DNA from: Candidatus Zhuqueibacterota bacterium
Lineage (GTDB): Bacteria; Zhuqueibacterota; Zhuqueibacteria; Thermofontimicrobiales; Thermofontimicrobiaceae
Assembly: GCA_049322915.1 (NCBI GenBank)
Contig: JBMOPW010000036.1
Span: 195,719-230,789, forward strand
Length of the DNA: 35,071 nucleotides
Direction: 5' to 3'
A program made the translations under genes and the position numbers. Below, piece after piece: positions 10,476 through 21,479 of this stretch. The notes under the pieces are model-generated. The model worked only from the letters and a program-made list of their open reading frames with translations, was not told where the DNA came from and ran no database searches. Each line of letters begins with the position of its first letter. Within the stretch, counting starts at the first letter, position 1.

Positions 10476-11327
10476 TTACGCCGGGCACGACAATGCCAGC
10501 GCGTCCAGAATTTTCGAACAGCCGCCCTGGCGCAGATGCTGCGCGTGGTCGCCGATGTTTTCGAACGTCCGTCCGACGATTTCGGAACACTCGAATTTAT
10601 AATCAGTGCTCTGCAGATACCTCTCAATCGCCATCGACGCGTTGACGTTTTTGAAGTCGACCCGGCCAGCCCCTTCCCGGATGCTGTCCATCCCGATGAT
10701 CCAGATGGCTGCGCCCAATGCCCCGCAAGCGCCGCCGCACAGACCGATGCCGCCGGCAAGACCGGCCGCCATCACCGCGTGCTCTTCTGAAACGCCCATC
10801 CGTCGCGCCACCATGCTCGCACAACTCACCGGTGCGGCGAGCCCTTCGACGCCGCCGGCAGCGAGTGCAGCATCGATTTCACTGAACGCAACGGGCGCGA
10901 ACTTTGCCGCCATGTGAAAACATCGGAGGGTACCCCCCTTGATGAGAAAATAGGTGATCATTTTGAGGGTCGAAGACGACCTGTCGATATCCGTCAGTTC
11001 AAGGCAGTTGATGTGGTGGTTCCGCGCTCGGAAGGACGTCACAATGTGTTGAGCTGCCAGAATGGCGCTGGCCTCGGCCTGCGGAGTCGCGCCAAATCGC
11101 CGAAATGCCTCAGCCCCGGCAGCCAGCGCCGCGCCCCAGATCATGCCGCATTGGTAGCCGTGCTGCATAATGCCGCCGGCAAAAGGATCCACGGCGCGCT
11201 CTTCCATTTCCATCGGACGCTCGAACGCCCGATTGAGCACTTTCAACATCGTGTGCGAGCAGGTGCCGGCTTTGAGAAAAGTACGCACTGTCCCAAACGA
11301 GGAGAGTCCGTTGTTCAATTTCGTCAT
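10476..11327 (-). CDS. C-GCAxxG-C-C family putative redox protein (two domains)
   Basis: PFAGGI...GYQCGMIWGA...INCLELT and GLAGGIGLCGGACGALGAA...FECSEIVG...C. Confidence 0.85.
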   Translation of the reverse strand: MTKLNNGLSSFGTVRTFLKAGTCSHTMLKVLNRAFERPMEMEERAVDPFAGGIMQHGYQCGMIWGAALAAGAEAFRRFGATPQAEASAILAAQHIVTSFRARNHHINCLELTDIDRSSSTLKMITYFLIKGGTLRCFHMAAKFAPVAFSEIDAALAAGGVEGLAAPVSCASMVARRMGVSEEHAVMAAGLAGGIGLCGGACGALGAAIWIIGMDSIREGAGRVDFKNVNASMAIERYLQSTDYKFECSEIVGRTFENIGDHAQHLRQGGCSKILDALALSCPA

Positions 11328-12092
11328 GTAGTCTCCATTTTATATGTATCGGTTCCCGGGCTCCGAATGATGGAACCCGAGTGAATTTCCCTGTTTCACC
11401 ATGTCCGTTAAAATCGAAATTTTTAAGCCTGTAATACGGCCATTTAGTCTTTTGGTTTCCGGCTAAGGATGCGTCGTCTGCAGGGAATTGAATGGCGTCG
11501 GGCGCCCGGGATTTGGCGCAACTCCCCGGGCAGCAAACTTCCACTCCGGGGGATGGCCTCTGGCCGAGCGCATTGTCGATTCATGAAATGATAGCGGGGC
11601 TGATGCGGGACCCTTGTTGCTCGGTCTGCATGGGTGAGTTCGTCAGCAGGATTCCCTGACGCGTTCTGTTATAACACCTGGGTCTGTCACGGTTGAGTCG
11701 TGGTTATCCAGTATAGTTCTACCCTGCGAGGAATGAGTTTGCCAAAATATACAGTATATGTTACCATTCAATTTTGACCCAACCATGTGTACCAAGACCG
11801 AATGCATTGCGGTACTCAGCGATCCAAACGCAACTAATCCACTGAACAAACTCTTTTTTACCCCACCTGACTGAAGCTGATAATCCTACTTCCACAGCCC
11901 CACCTTTTTACATCAACCCATTAGGGGTTGGTCGGATTAATAGGTATGGGCGTTCTACGTAGCACTGATTTCGACCAGAAACATTATTATAGTTCTGAGT
12001 TAGTCTTTTGCACAAGCGAAATGCTCGACCGTCTGCAGGATATAAGCACTGAACATAAAGAACAATCAGAATTTTTAATGTTTTACAATTAT

Positions 12093-14471
12093 CTACCATT
12101 TCCACTGAATGCCAATAGACGGCAGAATAGGTAATTTTTCAACACTCACCAAATTATAATTTAAAGGGGGTAATTTAACACTACTTGCTTCGAAAGAACT
12201 TTGTTGAAAGTCTAACAATTGATATGTTATAAAATTTTTGGTGTTTAAGACATTAATTACGCTTAAGAAGGCATCAAATTTAATATTTTTTATTTTAAAA
12301 TTATAAAATAAAGTAATATCCATTCGAGCGTAATTGGGATATCGGATACTATTCCTGGGTACATCAGTTTCATCATTTAATATAGCAATATAAACTGGTT
12401 TTTTTTCTGGCAGGTAAATACTTAACTTGCGGCCATAATATTGATAAAGTTTTCCAGGATCGTATGGTTGTCCTGTGTGGAAATGATGGGTTAGGTTAAA
12501 TCGCCAGCGTTGGGAGATATCTAATGAAACATCAAAGAAAAATCGGTGACGCATATCGAAATTACTATTATAGAGATAACCATGAGATTCTCGATAACTA
12601 TGTGAGTAAGTGTAGAAAAAATTGAAATTTAATTTTCGTCCTGTATGGTGCCAATTTATTTCAAATCCATCAGCAGAACCTGGTTGGCGGCCAAAGCTGC
12701 TATCTGCATAAAGTAAATTTTTAAGTTTTTTTTGATACAACTCCACAACAATCACATTTGATTCAGATAGCTTCCAATTTATGGAAGTAGCATAATGATG
12801 CGCAATTTCTGGTTGATCGCGGAGCGGAAAATAGAGATCAAGAAATCCCAATAAGCCGCGTTCACGAGCCGTAGCCACTGTTTGTATATGTCGGCTAAGC
12901 CCTAAAGATAATATCAAATTAGAAAAAATGCTATATTGACTCGTAAAGCGAGGCTCCCAATATAAGATTGGATAATCAGGTGAATAGGAAGTACGCAGAC
13001 CTACTTGAAGTTTTAATTTTTGAAATGGTTCGTATGACCAATCAAAAAAACCGGATAGCTTCTGCTGAGTTGCATTATATTCAAAATCCGCAGGCGCATT
13101 GTCGAAAAATAGTTTTATCGTCTCATTTTCAACTATATTATACCACCAATAGTGAAAAGTTCTGTGGTCAATTTCCATGCCAATTTGTAGTCTGTTGAAA
13201 TTAAGTTTCCAGGAAAAAGATAGATTGTCAAATTGATTATTACCCTTGTGGGCGTTATCTTTGTTTTCTACATTTAATTCATAAAGTTGTTGATAGTATT
13301 TCTCTGCTAGATGCGGATTAATTTCAGCTCTTGATGATTCGTCAGTATTATTGGTCATTTCAGAATATGAAATACTAATATTATTAAAAGAATTTTCATT
13401 AAGTCTATATTGCCATTTTGCCATCCAACTTGAAGTATTCCATTTAAATAATCGTCGATTGTGAAAATCATACTTTGAATATGGATCGTCTTGATTGAAC
13501 CTTCTAACAGAATCACGAATACGGTCGAAGACATCCCAGGATGAAAAGAATGTCGCTTGCAGATAATGTTCAGCGCCAAGCCCTTGTTGAAAATCAATGA
13601 AAATATCAGAAAAATAATATGGTAAGGTATTTCCTACAATGAGATTCCAATAGGTATGACGAGCAGCAAGGGTGAGAGCGGTGCTTTTTGCTATTGGTAC
13701 TGTGGTTTTAAGCCGAGAAGAGACCAGAGATATGCCACCCTCAATGTCAAATTTATTGCCCGGTTTAGGGGTATCAACGTCAATGACTGAACTCAATCCA
13801 TCGCCATAGCAAACGGGAAAGGCAGCGCTTGAAAAATATACATCGTTGATCAATTCTGGTTGTATGATACCATTTAAACCAACCAGATGATAAAGATTAA
13901 ACAGCCGCATTCCATTCAGTAAGAATATATTTTGATCTGGTGTACCACCCCTAACATTTAGTTGAGTAGTAAGTTCATTCGTTGTATGCACACCTGGCAA
14001 CTGACTGAGCACACGCAGCAACTCTGGTTCTAAAGAGACCGGTTGCGCAAAAACCACGTCACTATTAATTCTCCGAAATCCGGGACCAGTTTTCATTATG
14101 TGTCTTTCTGGTGAGAGTCGCTCTGTTTCGACGTTAACCTCAGGCAGTTGAATTGGATTCGATTCCAAAAGAATGAGCAGTGAAGTTACGCTGTCGGCAA
14201 AAACCTGGATCCGTTTCTGTACTTGCTGAAAACCGATATGTTTTACCTTTATCGTATGATAGCCAGGTGAAAGTCTTAACGATAACTCCCCATTTATATC
14301 AGCCAGGAGACGGTATTCATCAAAAGTAATATCGGCGTTCGGAAGTGGTTCTCTGGTTTCAACTGATAAGACTTTGAGTTTTAAGAGTCCAAAATTTTGC
14401 TGTGCTATAACGGGCGAGTAAAGAACTATAAAAAAAAGTGCTATAAACGAAAGCTTATGTTTATCATTCAT
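12093..14471 (-). CDS. TonB-dependent receptor with N-terminal carboxypeptidase-regulatory-like domain
   Basis: Signal peptide; ETREPLPNADI; plug LPGV...LNVRGGTPDQN...YGDGLSSVIDV; C-terminal INVLN...LPILPSIGIQWKW. Confidence 0.9.
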   Translation of the reverse strand: MNDKHKLSFIALFFIVLYSPVIAQQNFGLLKLKVLSVETREPLPNADITFDEYRLLADINGELSLRLSPGYHTIKVKHIGFQQVQKRIQVFADSVTSLLILLESNPIQLPEVNVETERLSPERHIMKTGPGFRRINSDVVFAQPVSLEPELLRVLSQLPGVHTTNELTTQLNVRGGTPDQNIFLLNGMRLFNLYHLVGLNGIIQPELINDVYFSSAAFPVCYGDGLSSVIDVDTPKPGNKFDIEGGISLVSSRLKTTVPIAKSTALTLAARHTYWNLIVGNTLPYYFSDIFIDFQQGLGAEHYLQATFFSSWDVFDRIRDSVRRFNQDDPYSKYDFHNRRLFKWNTSSWMAKWQYRLNENSFNNISISYSEMTNNTDESSRAEINPHLAEKYYQQLYELNVENKDNAHKGNNQFDNLSFSWKLNFNRLQIGMEIDHRTFHYWWYNIVENETIKLFFDNAPADFEYNATQQKLSGFFDWSYEPFQKLKLQVGLRTSYSPDYPILYWEPRFTSQYSIFSNLILSLGLSRHIQTVATARERGLLGFLDLYFPLRDQPEIAHHYATSINWKLSESNVIVVELYQKKLKNLLYADSSFGRQPGSADGFEINWHHTGRKLNFNFFYTYSHSYRESHGYLYNSNFDMRHRFFFDVSLDISQRWRFNLTHHFHTGQPYDPGKLYQYYGRKLSIYLPEKKPVYIAILNDETDVPRNSIRYPNYARMDITLFYNFKIKNIKFDAFLSVINVLNTKNFITYQLLDFQQSSFEASSVKLPPLNYNLVSVEKLPILPSIGIQWKW

Positions 14472-14501
14472 TTTATCACTTGAAGTTAATTGTTTCGGTC
14501 A

Positions 14502-15272
14502 TCATTTTCCTGCTTCTAATTTCATCTCAACTGTAACATTAATCTCACTCATACTCATGGAACCGAATAGATTCCATTTTATTTTTGATCCTGCTTCCAA
14601 TACCGATTGATTATCGATACGCATTGCTGCTGAATCAAGCGCCCATGTCTGCAATTTTGCCGGTTGATAAAAAAGAGTATCGCTAAACCAGTTAATACCC
14701 CACGAAGGAATGGGCATCTCTGTTTCCAACGAGTCAGTTTTTATGGTCGTGTAAATTTCTTCATCGTTGTTTGAAATAATTGTGGATATGAGATATCCAT
14801 AAGTGAAATCATCTTTTTTAAATTTTATAGTGGGAATTTTATTTCCCATGCTGCTGAAATATATATGTAATGTATCACCATCATTACAATTACTTATTTC
14901 AGGGATAGGGGGAACAATCGTATTATCGGAGTAGGTCTTTCCATCTGATATCTGAACATGCAAATGATATTTTACCTTAGGTTCGACATTTAAACTATTG
15001 GACAAATCCTGATAGAGGCCAGGTTGAACCTCAATTAATACGATTTCATTTAGTGAATCAGATAAAATGACTTCAGCGCCGGAAATATTCTCCGGAGCTG
15101 ATTCAGGATAGGCCATGCCAATATAAACTTCGGCTCGCTCAAAGGCCGGGGAAATTACGGATAGAACCTGTAAACGTCCCAGAGTTTTATCGACATCTAA
15201 AGACATATCCGGGGAGCATTGAATAAACAAGGCGGCTAAAATTATTTTCAAAATACAAATTTTTTTGATCAT
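14502..15272 (-). CDS. DUF4249-like lipoprotein
   Basis: Lipobox ALFIQC; ISGAEVILSD...E..PGLY...YHLHV...GKTY...TIVP; adjacent to the TonB receptor. Confidence 0.7.
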   Translation of the reverse strand: MIKKICILKIILAALFIQCSPDMSLDVDKTLGRLQVLSVISPAFERAEVYIGMAYPESAPENISGAEVILSDSLNEIVLIEVQPGLYQDLSNSLNVEPKVKYHLHVQISDGKTYSDNTIVPPIPEISNCNDGDTLHIYFSSMGNKIPTIKFKKDDFTYGYLISTIISNNDEEIYTTIKTDSLETEMPIPSWGINWFSDTLFYQPAKLQTWALDSAAMRIDNQSVLEAGSKIKWNLFGSMSMSEINVTVEMKLEAGK

Positions 15273-15292
15273 ATTTTATTCCTCATCAAGAT

Positions 15293-15323
15293 GACCGCAT
15301 CTCGGATTTCCCGAGTTGCGGTC
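15293..15323 (-). terminator. Intercistronic stem-loop (terminator/stabiliser)
   Basis: gaccgca-tctcgg-atttc-ccgag-ttgcggtc. Confidence 0.5.
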
Positions 15324-15333
15324 CATAGAAAAA

Positions 15334-16449
15334 TTACCAAATATATCGTTTTACTTTTATCTTACAGTATCCATAAACGGGATTATCAAAAAGATACTCA
15401 TGCCATCCTCCATAGGGATCTGTTCTTTCCATTAGTCTATCCACAAAATCATCAGAGGCCCACCAATCCTCTTCCCAAACTTCAACCTTTAATCTTGGAA
15501 TATATATAGAGCCTCCTGTATGGTCAAACATTATATAATTCCAGTCATATGTATTGTACCATTTCCAATCTTCAAAATCGAAGTCAAACTCTAAAGGGGG
15601 ATCCCAATCTTCCGCTGGCTTTACATCATGTCTCTGAGAGCTCCAAGTTTCGCTACAACTATTCGGATCCAAACATGGCCATGTTTTTGTATAATACTCA
15701 GGTGGAAACGCCGTCCAATGTTCACCCACGGCTCCAATATTTTTAAAAGATATTCCACTCAAGAAAAATTTCTCATTATAATTCCCGCTTGGTTTCATAA
15801 TAGATAATGAAATTAGCTCTTGGGATTCTTTTTCATTGCTATTAGCCTTAAATCTGTCTAGAATTTTTTCTTTAAATCTAAAAACAATCGCTGGTTGATC
15901 CTTAGGCTTATCGATATTAGATAATTCTATGGAACTTCCATCAAGTAAAAAACCTATTGAATATTCATGGTCCTTCTCATCTTTAGTTGCATCATAAAAA
16001 ACAAAAACTGGCGATTTTTTTTCCAATAGTGAAAGATGATCTTTGGGAATATATATTTCTATTGGATGAAGGCCGTCCTTTGCATCCAAATGAACATCTG
16101 TAAATTCTGAAAAAATCTGAATAATATTTTTTAAGTTATTTTCTTCAGGCGATAATTTTATTTTAATCTCTGATAATTCAATTGCATGCTGTTTTGTTTT
16201 AGAAAAATAGTCATAAAAAAAAGCAGCTATATCAGGATTCCACTCTTTTGCTGTTAGCTGTGTAAGCTTTTTTAGTTTGTCAATTTGAGCAGTAAATTCA
16301 TTTGATTGATCGTCCGTTTGAGAATATTTATCAATTTGAGTCGTCTGATCGATAGTAGTCTTTTCTTCATAAGTACCTTTATCTATTGAGCAGACTATGA
16401 AAATCATTGGTGTTATTAATAAAGCCGTTATTTTGATTTTTCTAAACAT
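15334..16449 (-). CDS. Hypothetical exported protein/lipoprotein
   Basis: RBS ggagg before ATG 16449; hydrophobic N-terminus ending in IVC; long open frame; acidic and Trp-rich C-terminal region (VEVWEEDWWASDDFV). Confidence 0.7.
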   Translation of the reverse strand: MFRKIKITALLITPMIFIVCSIDKGTYEEKTTIDQTTQIDKYSQTDDQSNEFTAQIDKLKKLTQLTAKEWNPDIAAFFYDYFSKTKQHAIELSEIKIKLSPEENNLKNIIQIFSEFTDVHLDAKDGLHPIEIYIPKDHLSLLEKKSPVFVFYDATKDEKDHEYSIGFLLDGSSIELSNIDKPKDQPAIVFRFKEKILDRFKANSNEKESQELISLSIMKPSGNYNEKFFLSGISFKNIGAVGEHWTAFPPEYYTKTWPCLDPNSCSETWSSQRHDVKPAEDWDPPLEFDFDFEDWKWYNTYDWNYIMFDHTGGSIYIPRLKVEVWEEDWWASDDFVDRLMERTDPYGGWHEYLFDNPVYGYCKIKVKRYIW

Positions 16450-16644
16450 AGTAGCCTCCAATTTTAAAAGTAATTAAATAATTTTAATTATAGAGGAACC
16501 TATTCAATTATTCAACTGTAGGATTTCTGTTTTTCATAATATTCCTTTCCTGTTTTCAATCGAAATGATTTTTTCTTTAAAGTTTGTTGATAATAAGAAT
16601 AATAATGTTTCACAATTTTTTGATTGCATTAGACTTCTCTGCGC

Positions 16645-16790
16645 TAATCGCGGCGCTGACTTTGTCAGTGCCATGCTCCCCCGCGTTGACGCGCGGCGGA
16701 ATATGGCACATGACCCGACTGTGCGCGCTGTCTGTCCGTCTCGCAAGCGGGACTCCCAGCCAGCGTGCTCGCGGGTCAGCGCTGCGATTA
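16645..16790. repeat. GC-rich multi-hairpin element (REPIN/MITE-like or ncRNA candidate)
   Basis: Outer IR taatcgcggcgctgac / gtcagcgctgcgatta (1 mismatch) with nested hairpins, inside AT-rich DNA. Confidence 0.5.
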
Positions 16791-17554
16791 TACAGAAAGA
16801 TGGTTTGATAATGGAGCTAATTCCTGCCAAAATTTAAAACCCCTGTGTCGCTGTGAAAATAGAACAATTCGTTTTTCTGATGAGATTATTACAACACCCG
16901 AGAGAATCAGTGACTGCAATTGAACAAGTAAAAATTGAAGTCGGAAATTGTATTGCACACCCTCGACCCGGAACCGAACTGAAGAATAGAAAGAATGGTG
17001 GAGTAGCATTGGGGCGTCGAATTTGGTTCAGGCGTGTTGAAAGTGAATATACAAAAATCTCATAAATAGTCAAGTCATTTTTCACGAAAAAGAAAAAAAT
17101 ACCAGCCAATGATGAGATCAACGGCTCGTTTTTCCCGATCCAACCCGAATGACCCGGCATGGACAATGCCGTACCAAAATCCATTTTTCACCTGCCGCGC
17201 CTTTCAGGTCGCTCCCAGATATACGATTGTCTGATTTGAAATTTCAGGTTCGTGAAGACAGAGAGGCGTTGCCGTAACGGCCTTGTCGGATCAACGCCGC
17301 GAATGATCGTCCAAACGTTGAGGCGAAAAAAATGGACGTCGAAGGTTGGTCCCAGATACAATCGGGCGGAGGAGCCATTTGGCTTTCTCAACGATTAAAC
17401 ATTTCTTCGATTGTTACGATATTGATTAAAAGCCTTGCACGGGCGCATCAGCAGGAAACTGCCGGCGGAGAAGGCAGTCTGTCGCCATCCGGGCTGCTTC
17501 TGATGCCGGGAATGCCGGGCAGTTATTTCACGCATTGAAACTCACAGGTAACGT

Positions 17555-19981
17555 ATGACGCCAGCCACAACCTACATCACCATTCACGGACATTTTTACC
17601 AGCCGCCGCGGGAGAATCCCTGGACCGAGCAGATCGAGCGCCAGCTATCGGCTGCGCCATTTCACGATTGGAACGAGCGCATTAACAAGGAATGTTACCA
17701 CGCAAATGGCTTTGCCGAGATTCTCAATTCCGAAGGAAAGATCGAGGACATCATCAATAATTACCAGTACATCAGTTTCAATATCGGCCCGACGCTGATG
17801 AACTGGATCAAGGAGAAATCGCCCTGCACGTATCAGGCCATTGTCGAGGCGGACAGAAAGAGCCGCGAGATTTACGCCGGGCACGGCAATGCCATCGCTC
17901 AGGTTTACAATCATACCATTTTGCCGCTGGCAGCGCCGGAGGACAAGTATCTCCAGATTCTGTGGGGGATGGAGGATTTCAAATCGCATTTCAATCGGGA
18001 GCCGGAGTCCATCTGGCTGGCGGAGACTGCGGTGGATCAGGACACCATCGATGTGCTGGTGGCGTTCGGTCTGAAGTACCTCATCCTGTCCCCGTTTCAG
18101 GCGGAGCGCGTGCGCCCGCTGTCCGGCAAGGGCTGGAAGGACGTCAGTTCCGGCGCAATCGACACATCCATGCCGTACCGCCAGTTCAGCCGGGATGGCC
18201 GATTCATCGATATTTTCTTTTACAACCATGCGATTTCCAGCGCCATTGGCTTCGAGCATCTGCTGACCAATTCGTACCGACTGGCGCAGAAGTTCCGGCA
18301 GTTCATCTGGAATCCGGGCCGACCCATTTTGATCTCAGCCTGCACCGATGGCGAATCGTACGGGCATCATGAGAAGTACGGGGAGATGTGCCTGGCTCAT
18401 TTCATCAAATACACGGCGCCGGAATTTGGCTTGAGGCTGACCAATTTCGGCCAGTTCCTGGAAATGAATCCGCCCACGCATGAAGTGCAGATCAAGCCGG
18501 GGCCGAACGGCGAAGGCACGGCCTGGAGCTGCGCCCACGGCGTGGGACGATGGGTGCGAAATTGCGGCTGTTCGGACGGCGGCTATCCCTCGTGGACTCA
18601 GGAATGGCGCACGCCCCTGCGCGGCGCGTTCAACTGGCTGCACGAGACCATTCTGGAAAAATTCGGGAAAAAGGTCGCGCCGCTGCTGAATCGTCCCGGA
18701 GAGGCGAGGCGGCGCTACATTGATGTGCTGAAGAATCGGAGTCCGGAAAGTCGCCGGCAATTTTTGCTCGAGTACGGCGTCGCGGAAAAGCTCAGCGACG
18801 ATGACCAGGCTCTGGTGTTCCGGTTCATGGAAGCGCTGGCCCAGTGCCAGCTCATGTTCACGAGCTGCGCCTGGTTTTTCGCGGACGTGGCGCGATTGGA
18901 GCCGGTGCAGACAATGAAATACGCGGCTCGCGCCATTCAATTGGTGGAGCGCTATTTCAAGACAGACCTGGAGGGGCGGTTCATTGAGAAGCTGGCGGCC
19001 GCGCGGAGCAATGTGCCGGCCGAAGGAAACGGACGGGATATTTACATCAACAAAGTGATCCCGTCCAAAATCAGCTACAAAATGGTCGTCAGCAATTTTG
19101 CCATCGAGTCGTTCGTTCTGAACAAGTTCGAGCATCGCCGGATTTACCAGTACACCATCAGAGCCATGCATCAGGAAATAGGGCAGAAGCACAAAGAACC
19201 GGTGCAAAAAGGTATGGTGTGGCTGCTGGACAATTACACCGGCCAGAAGCTGGGGTATATTTATTTCCTGTTCATGGAATCGTTGCGGGACGTGCGGTGC
19301 TACATTTTGAACAACAAAGAGAGCATCGAATTCAACATCACCACGGTGGACGTCACGGAGAAAAAATTGCAGGGGCTCACCAAAGGCCGGTTTTATACGC
19401 TCAGGGATTTGTTCATCGAAAATCGGGAGCAAATTATTCAATTGGCGTTTGCGGAACAGATGAAGCAGATTCAATCCACGCTGGATGCATTCTATGAGAA
19501 GAAGCTCGATCTGATGGAGACGTTCCACGAAGTGGGGCTGCCCATACCCGGCATTCTGAAACACATCTCCGAGTTCATTTACATCACCCGAATCGAAAAC
19601 TATCTGTCCAACACCAATGGTTCCGTGGATTTGCTCCAGGGCGAAGAGATCGTCACTGCCTTTCAGAATGCCGCGCGGCTGAATTTCGACCTCAGTTCGG
19701 ACAAAATCAGGCAGAAGCTGAATCAGGTGGTGCAGAATTTATTTGCGAGTCTGAAGAAAGATCCGCATCACAGAAGCGCGTCGCAGAACATCATCAAAAT
19801 TCTGGACCTGGCTGACACGCTGGCCTTTCCGCTGGACTTCCGGAAATTCACGGAGACGGCGTTCCTGCTGCTGCATCAATCCTATCCCGATGGCGAAATA
19901 CCGGCGCCGGTGGTGGATGTTGCCCGGCGGCTCAAGCTGGCAGTGAAAATTCAGGTCGCAGCGGAAGTGAGTTCAGCATAA
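17555..19981 (+). CDS. Glycoside hydrolase family 57, DUF3536 domain protein
   Basis: IHGHFYQPPRENPW, ISFNIGPTL, HGNAIAQVYNHTILPLA, WLAETAVD, TDGESYGHH, WSCAHGVGRW and MFTSCAWFF. Confidence 0.95.
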   Translation: MTPATTYITIHGHFYQPPRENPWTEQIERQLSAAPFHDWNERINKECYHANGFAEILNSEGKIEDIINNYQYISFNIGPTLMNWIKEKSPCTYQAIVEADRKSREIYAGHGNAIAQVYNHTILPLAAPEDKYLQILWGMEDFKSHFNREPESIWLAETAVDQDTIDVLVAFGLKYLILSPFQAERVRPLSGKGWKDVSSGAIDTSMPYRQFSRDGRFIDIFFYNHAISSAIGFEHLLTNSYRLAQKFRQFIWNPGRPILISACTDGESYGHHEKYGEMCLAHFIKYTAPEFGLRLTNFGQFLEMNPPTHEVQIKPGPNGEGTAWSCAHGVGRWVRNCGCSDGGYPSWTQEWRTPLRGAFNWLHETILEKFGKKVAPLLNRPGEARRRYIDVLKNRSPESRRQFLLEYGVAEKLSDDDQALVFRFMEALAQCQLMFTSCAWFFADVARLEPVQTMKYAARAIQLVERYFKTDLEGRFIEKLAAARSNVPAEGNGRDIYINKVIPSKISYKMVVSNFAIESFVLNKFEHRRIYQYTIRAMHQEIGQKHKEPVQKGMVWLLDNYTGQKLGYIYFLFMESLRDVRCYILNNKESIEFNITTVDVTEKKLQGLTKGRFYTLRDLFIENREQIIQLAFAEQMKQIQSTLDAFYEKKLDLMETFHEVGLPIPGILKHISEFIYITRIENYLSNTNGSVDLLQGEEIVTAFQNAARLNFDLSSDKIRQKLNQVVQNLFASLKKDPHHRSASQNIIKILDLADTLAFPLDFRKFTETAFLLLHQSYPDGEIPAPVVDVARRLKLAVKIQVAAEVSSA

Positions 19982-20060
19982 AAATCAGTGAGCCGCCGAC
20001 AGCGACCGGCTGAGTTGGATTTCATTGGCCGAGGAGCGATTGATTTTTCGGAACCAGGCA

Positions 20061-21086
20061 TCAGCGTTGAAAAAGCGACAGACTGATATTCATCGTCGCC
20101 GGAGCGATGGAGCGAAGGAATGGCGCGGAGAGCCGTTTCAGCAGATGATCCGGAAAATCCTCAGGCAATCGGATTTGCACAACGCTATTCGGATCGAGCC
20201 GGTTCAGTGTATCCCGTAGCCAGCCTGTCAACTGGTCAGCGGACAAACCGCTGCGTTCGATGGCGATGACGGCCATGGGTCGCGTCGGCAATTCGAAGAA
20301 ATTCCAGCGGACATCCGAAGCGCCGCAGCCAATATCAATCACGAGGTATCCCTTGCGCTCGTTGCGCTCGGCAAAGGATGTCCGCTCGATGGAGCCGGGG
20401 TAAAAGACCGGCGCATTCAATGTTACACCGGCCAGATCGGTCATCAGCACCTGTTGGCGATGAATATGGCCGGCGAGCACCGCGGCAAATCCATCAGGAA
20501 TCTGGTGTCCGGAGATGACGTCCGGAGCCGGACGAAACGTGTAGTTTTGAACTCCCACCTGCGCGCCTTCCACGCTTTGATGCAGGCACAGCGCGCGAAT
20601 ATCCGCCTCCTGCTTTGAAAATTCAGTCTGGTCGAGAAGCGTGTCGAAGTGCTCCCGGATGGATCCGCGATAAAACGGGAAGCCGGACAGCGCGATGCGC
20701 CGGCCTTTCACTTCCCGCGTAAATGTTTTCGGTTGACTGAAAATATGGATGTTGCGGTGGGTTTCCAGCAGGGTCACCGGGATATTGGATCGCTCGTGAT
20801 TGCCCGGGACGAGGAAGACCGGAACGCCCTGGTCGGCGATGCGAATCAACGGCTGGAACGCGTCGTGGATGACGCGGGACGATACGCGGCTGCGGAAGAA
20901 CAGGTCGCCGCCATGCACCACCAGATCGACGTCGCCAGTCAGGGCCGGGACGAGACAGCGCTGGTAGTTTTCGAAGAAGTCCGGGCCGCGTCGTCGCCTG
21001 GCCACTCGCGGGCGCAGCGGCTGGTCAAAGCCGAGATGGGTGTCCGCCAGCAACAAGATTTTTATTGTGGTTGAATCGGAAGTCAT
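20061..21086 (-). CDS. SbcD/Mre11-like DNA repair exonuclease (metallophosphoesterase)
   Basis: ADTHLG, HGGDLF, PGNHE, LHQ, GHIH and YPGSIERTSFAE motifs. Confidence 0.9.
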   Translation of the reverse strand: MTSDSTTIKILLLADTHLGFDQPLRPRVARRRRGPDFFENYQRCLVPALTGDVDLVVHGGDLFFRSRVSSRVIHDAFQPLIRIADQGVPVFLVPGNHERSNIPVTLLETHRNIHIFSQPKTFTREVKGRRIALSGFPFYRGSIREHFDTLLDQTEFSKQEADIRALCLHQSVEGAQVGVQNYTFRPAPDVISGHQIPDGFAAVLAGHIHRQQVLMTDLAGVTLNAPVFYPGSIERTSFAERNERKGYLVIDIGCGASDVRWNFFELPTRPMAVIAIERSGLSADQLTGWLRDTLNRLDPNSVVQIRLPEDFPDHLLKRLSAPFLRSIAPATMNISLSLFQR

Positions 21087-21479
21087 ACGTCTATAATTTC
21101 CTGGGAAGATGCAGCGCCTGTCTCTTTTTGGCCCAGCGCCCGGCGAGCAGAAGATGAAATAGAAGCGATGAACAAAACGAAAATTACTCGTCGACTAAAA
21201 TTCGTGCCGCAGCTTGTTCGGCTGTACACACCCATTGTTAGCTATTTTTTTGAAAATTTTTCGGCGGATTCAAGTTCGAAGTGCAACAAGTTGGGTAATA
21301 TAAAACTGGAAGCAGCCGGAGAGCAACGAAAACAAAATCGCCAACAACGAAGGCTGGATTGTGTCGCGATCGTCAAACACTGATTCCTGTGATCTGCATT
21401 TAATGCAGCACTCATCAAAATGGGATCAATCGCCTTTGACGAGCTAATTCATTATCTCGAAAATTCCAATTTCCGTTGA

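Noticed and set aside
11340..11850. Short ORFs upstream of the C-GCAxxG-C-C gene, and 16853-17538
   Set aside because: No recognisable family; they may be gene relics but cannot be supported from the sequence alone.
11905..12010. Possible attC downstream of the TonB receptor
   Set aside because: Short IRs are present (tggtcgga/ttcgacca), but there is no convincing R''-L''/L'-R' geometry.
16994..17040. tggtggag as the reverse 3' end of a tRNA/tmRNA attachment site
   Set aside because: No T-loop (GTTCGA-like) or cloverleaf follows.
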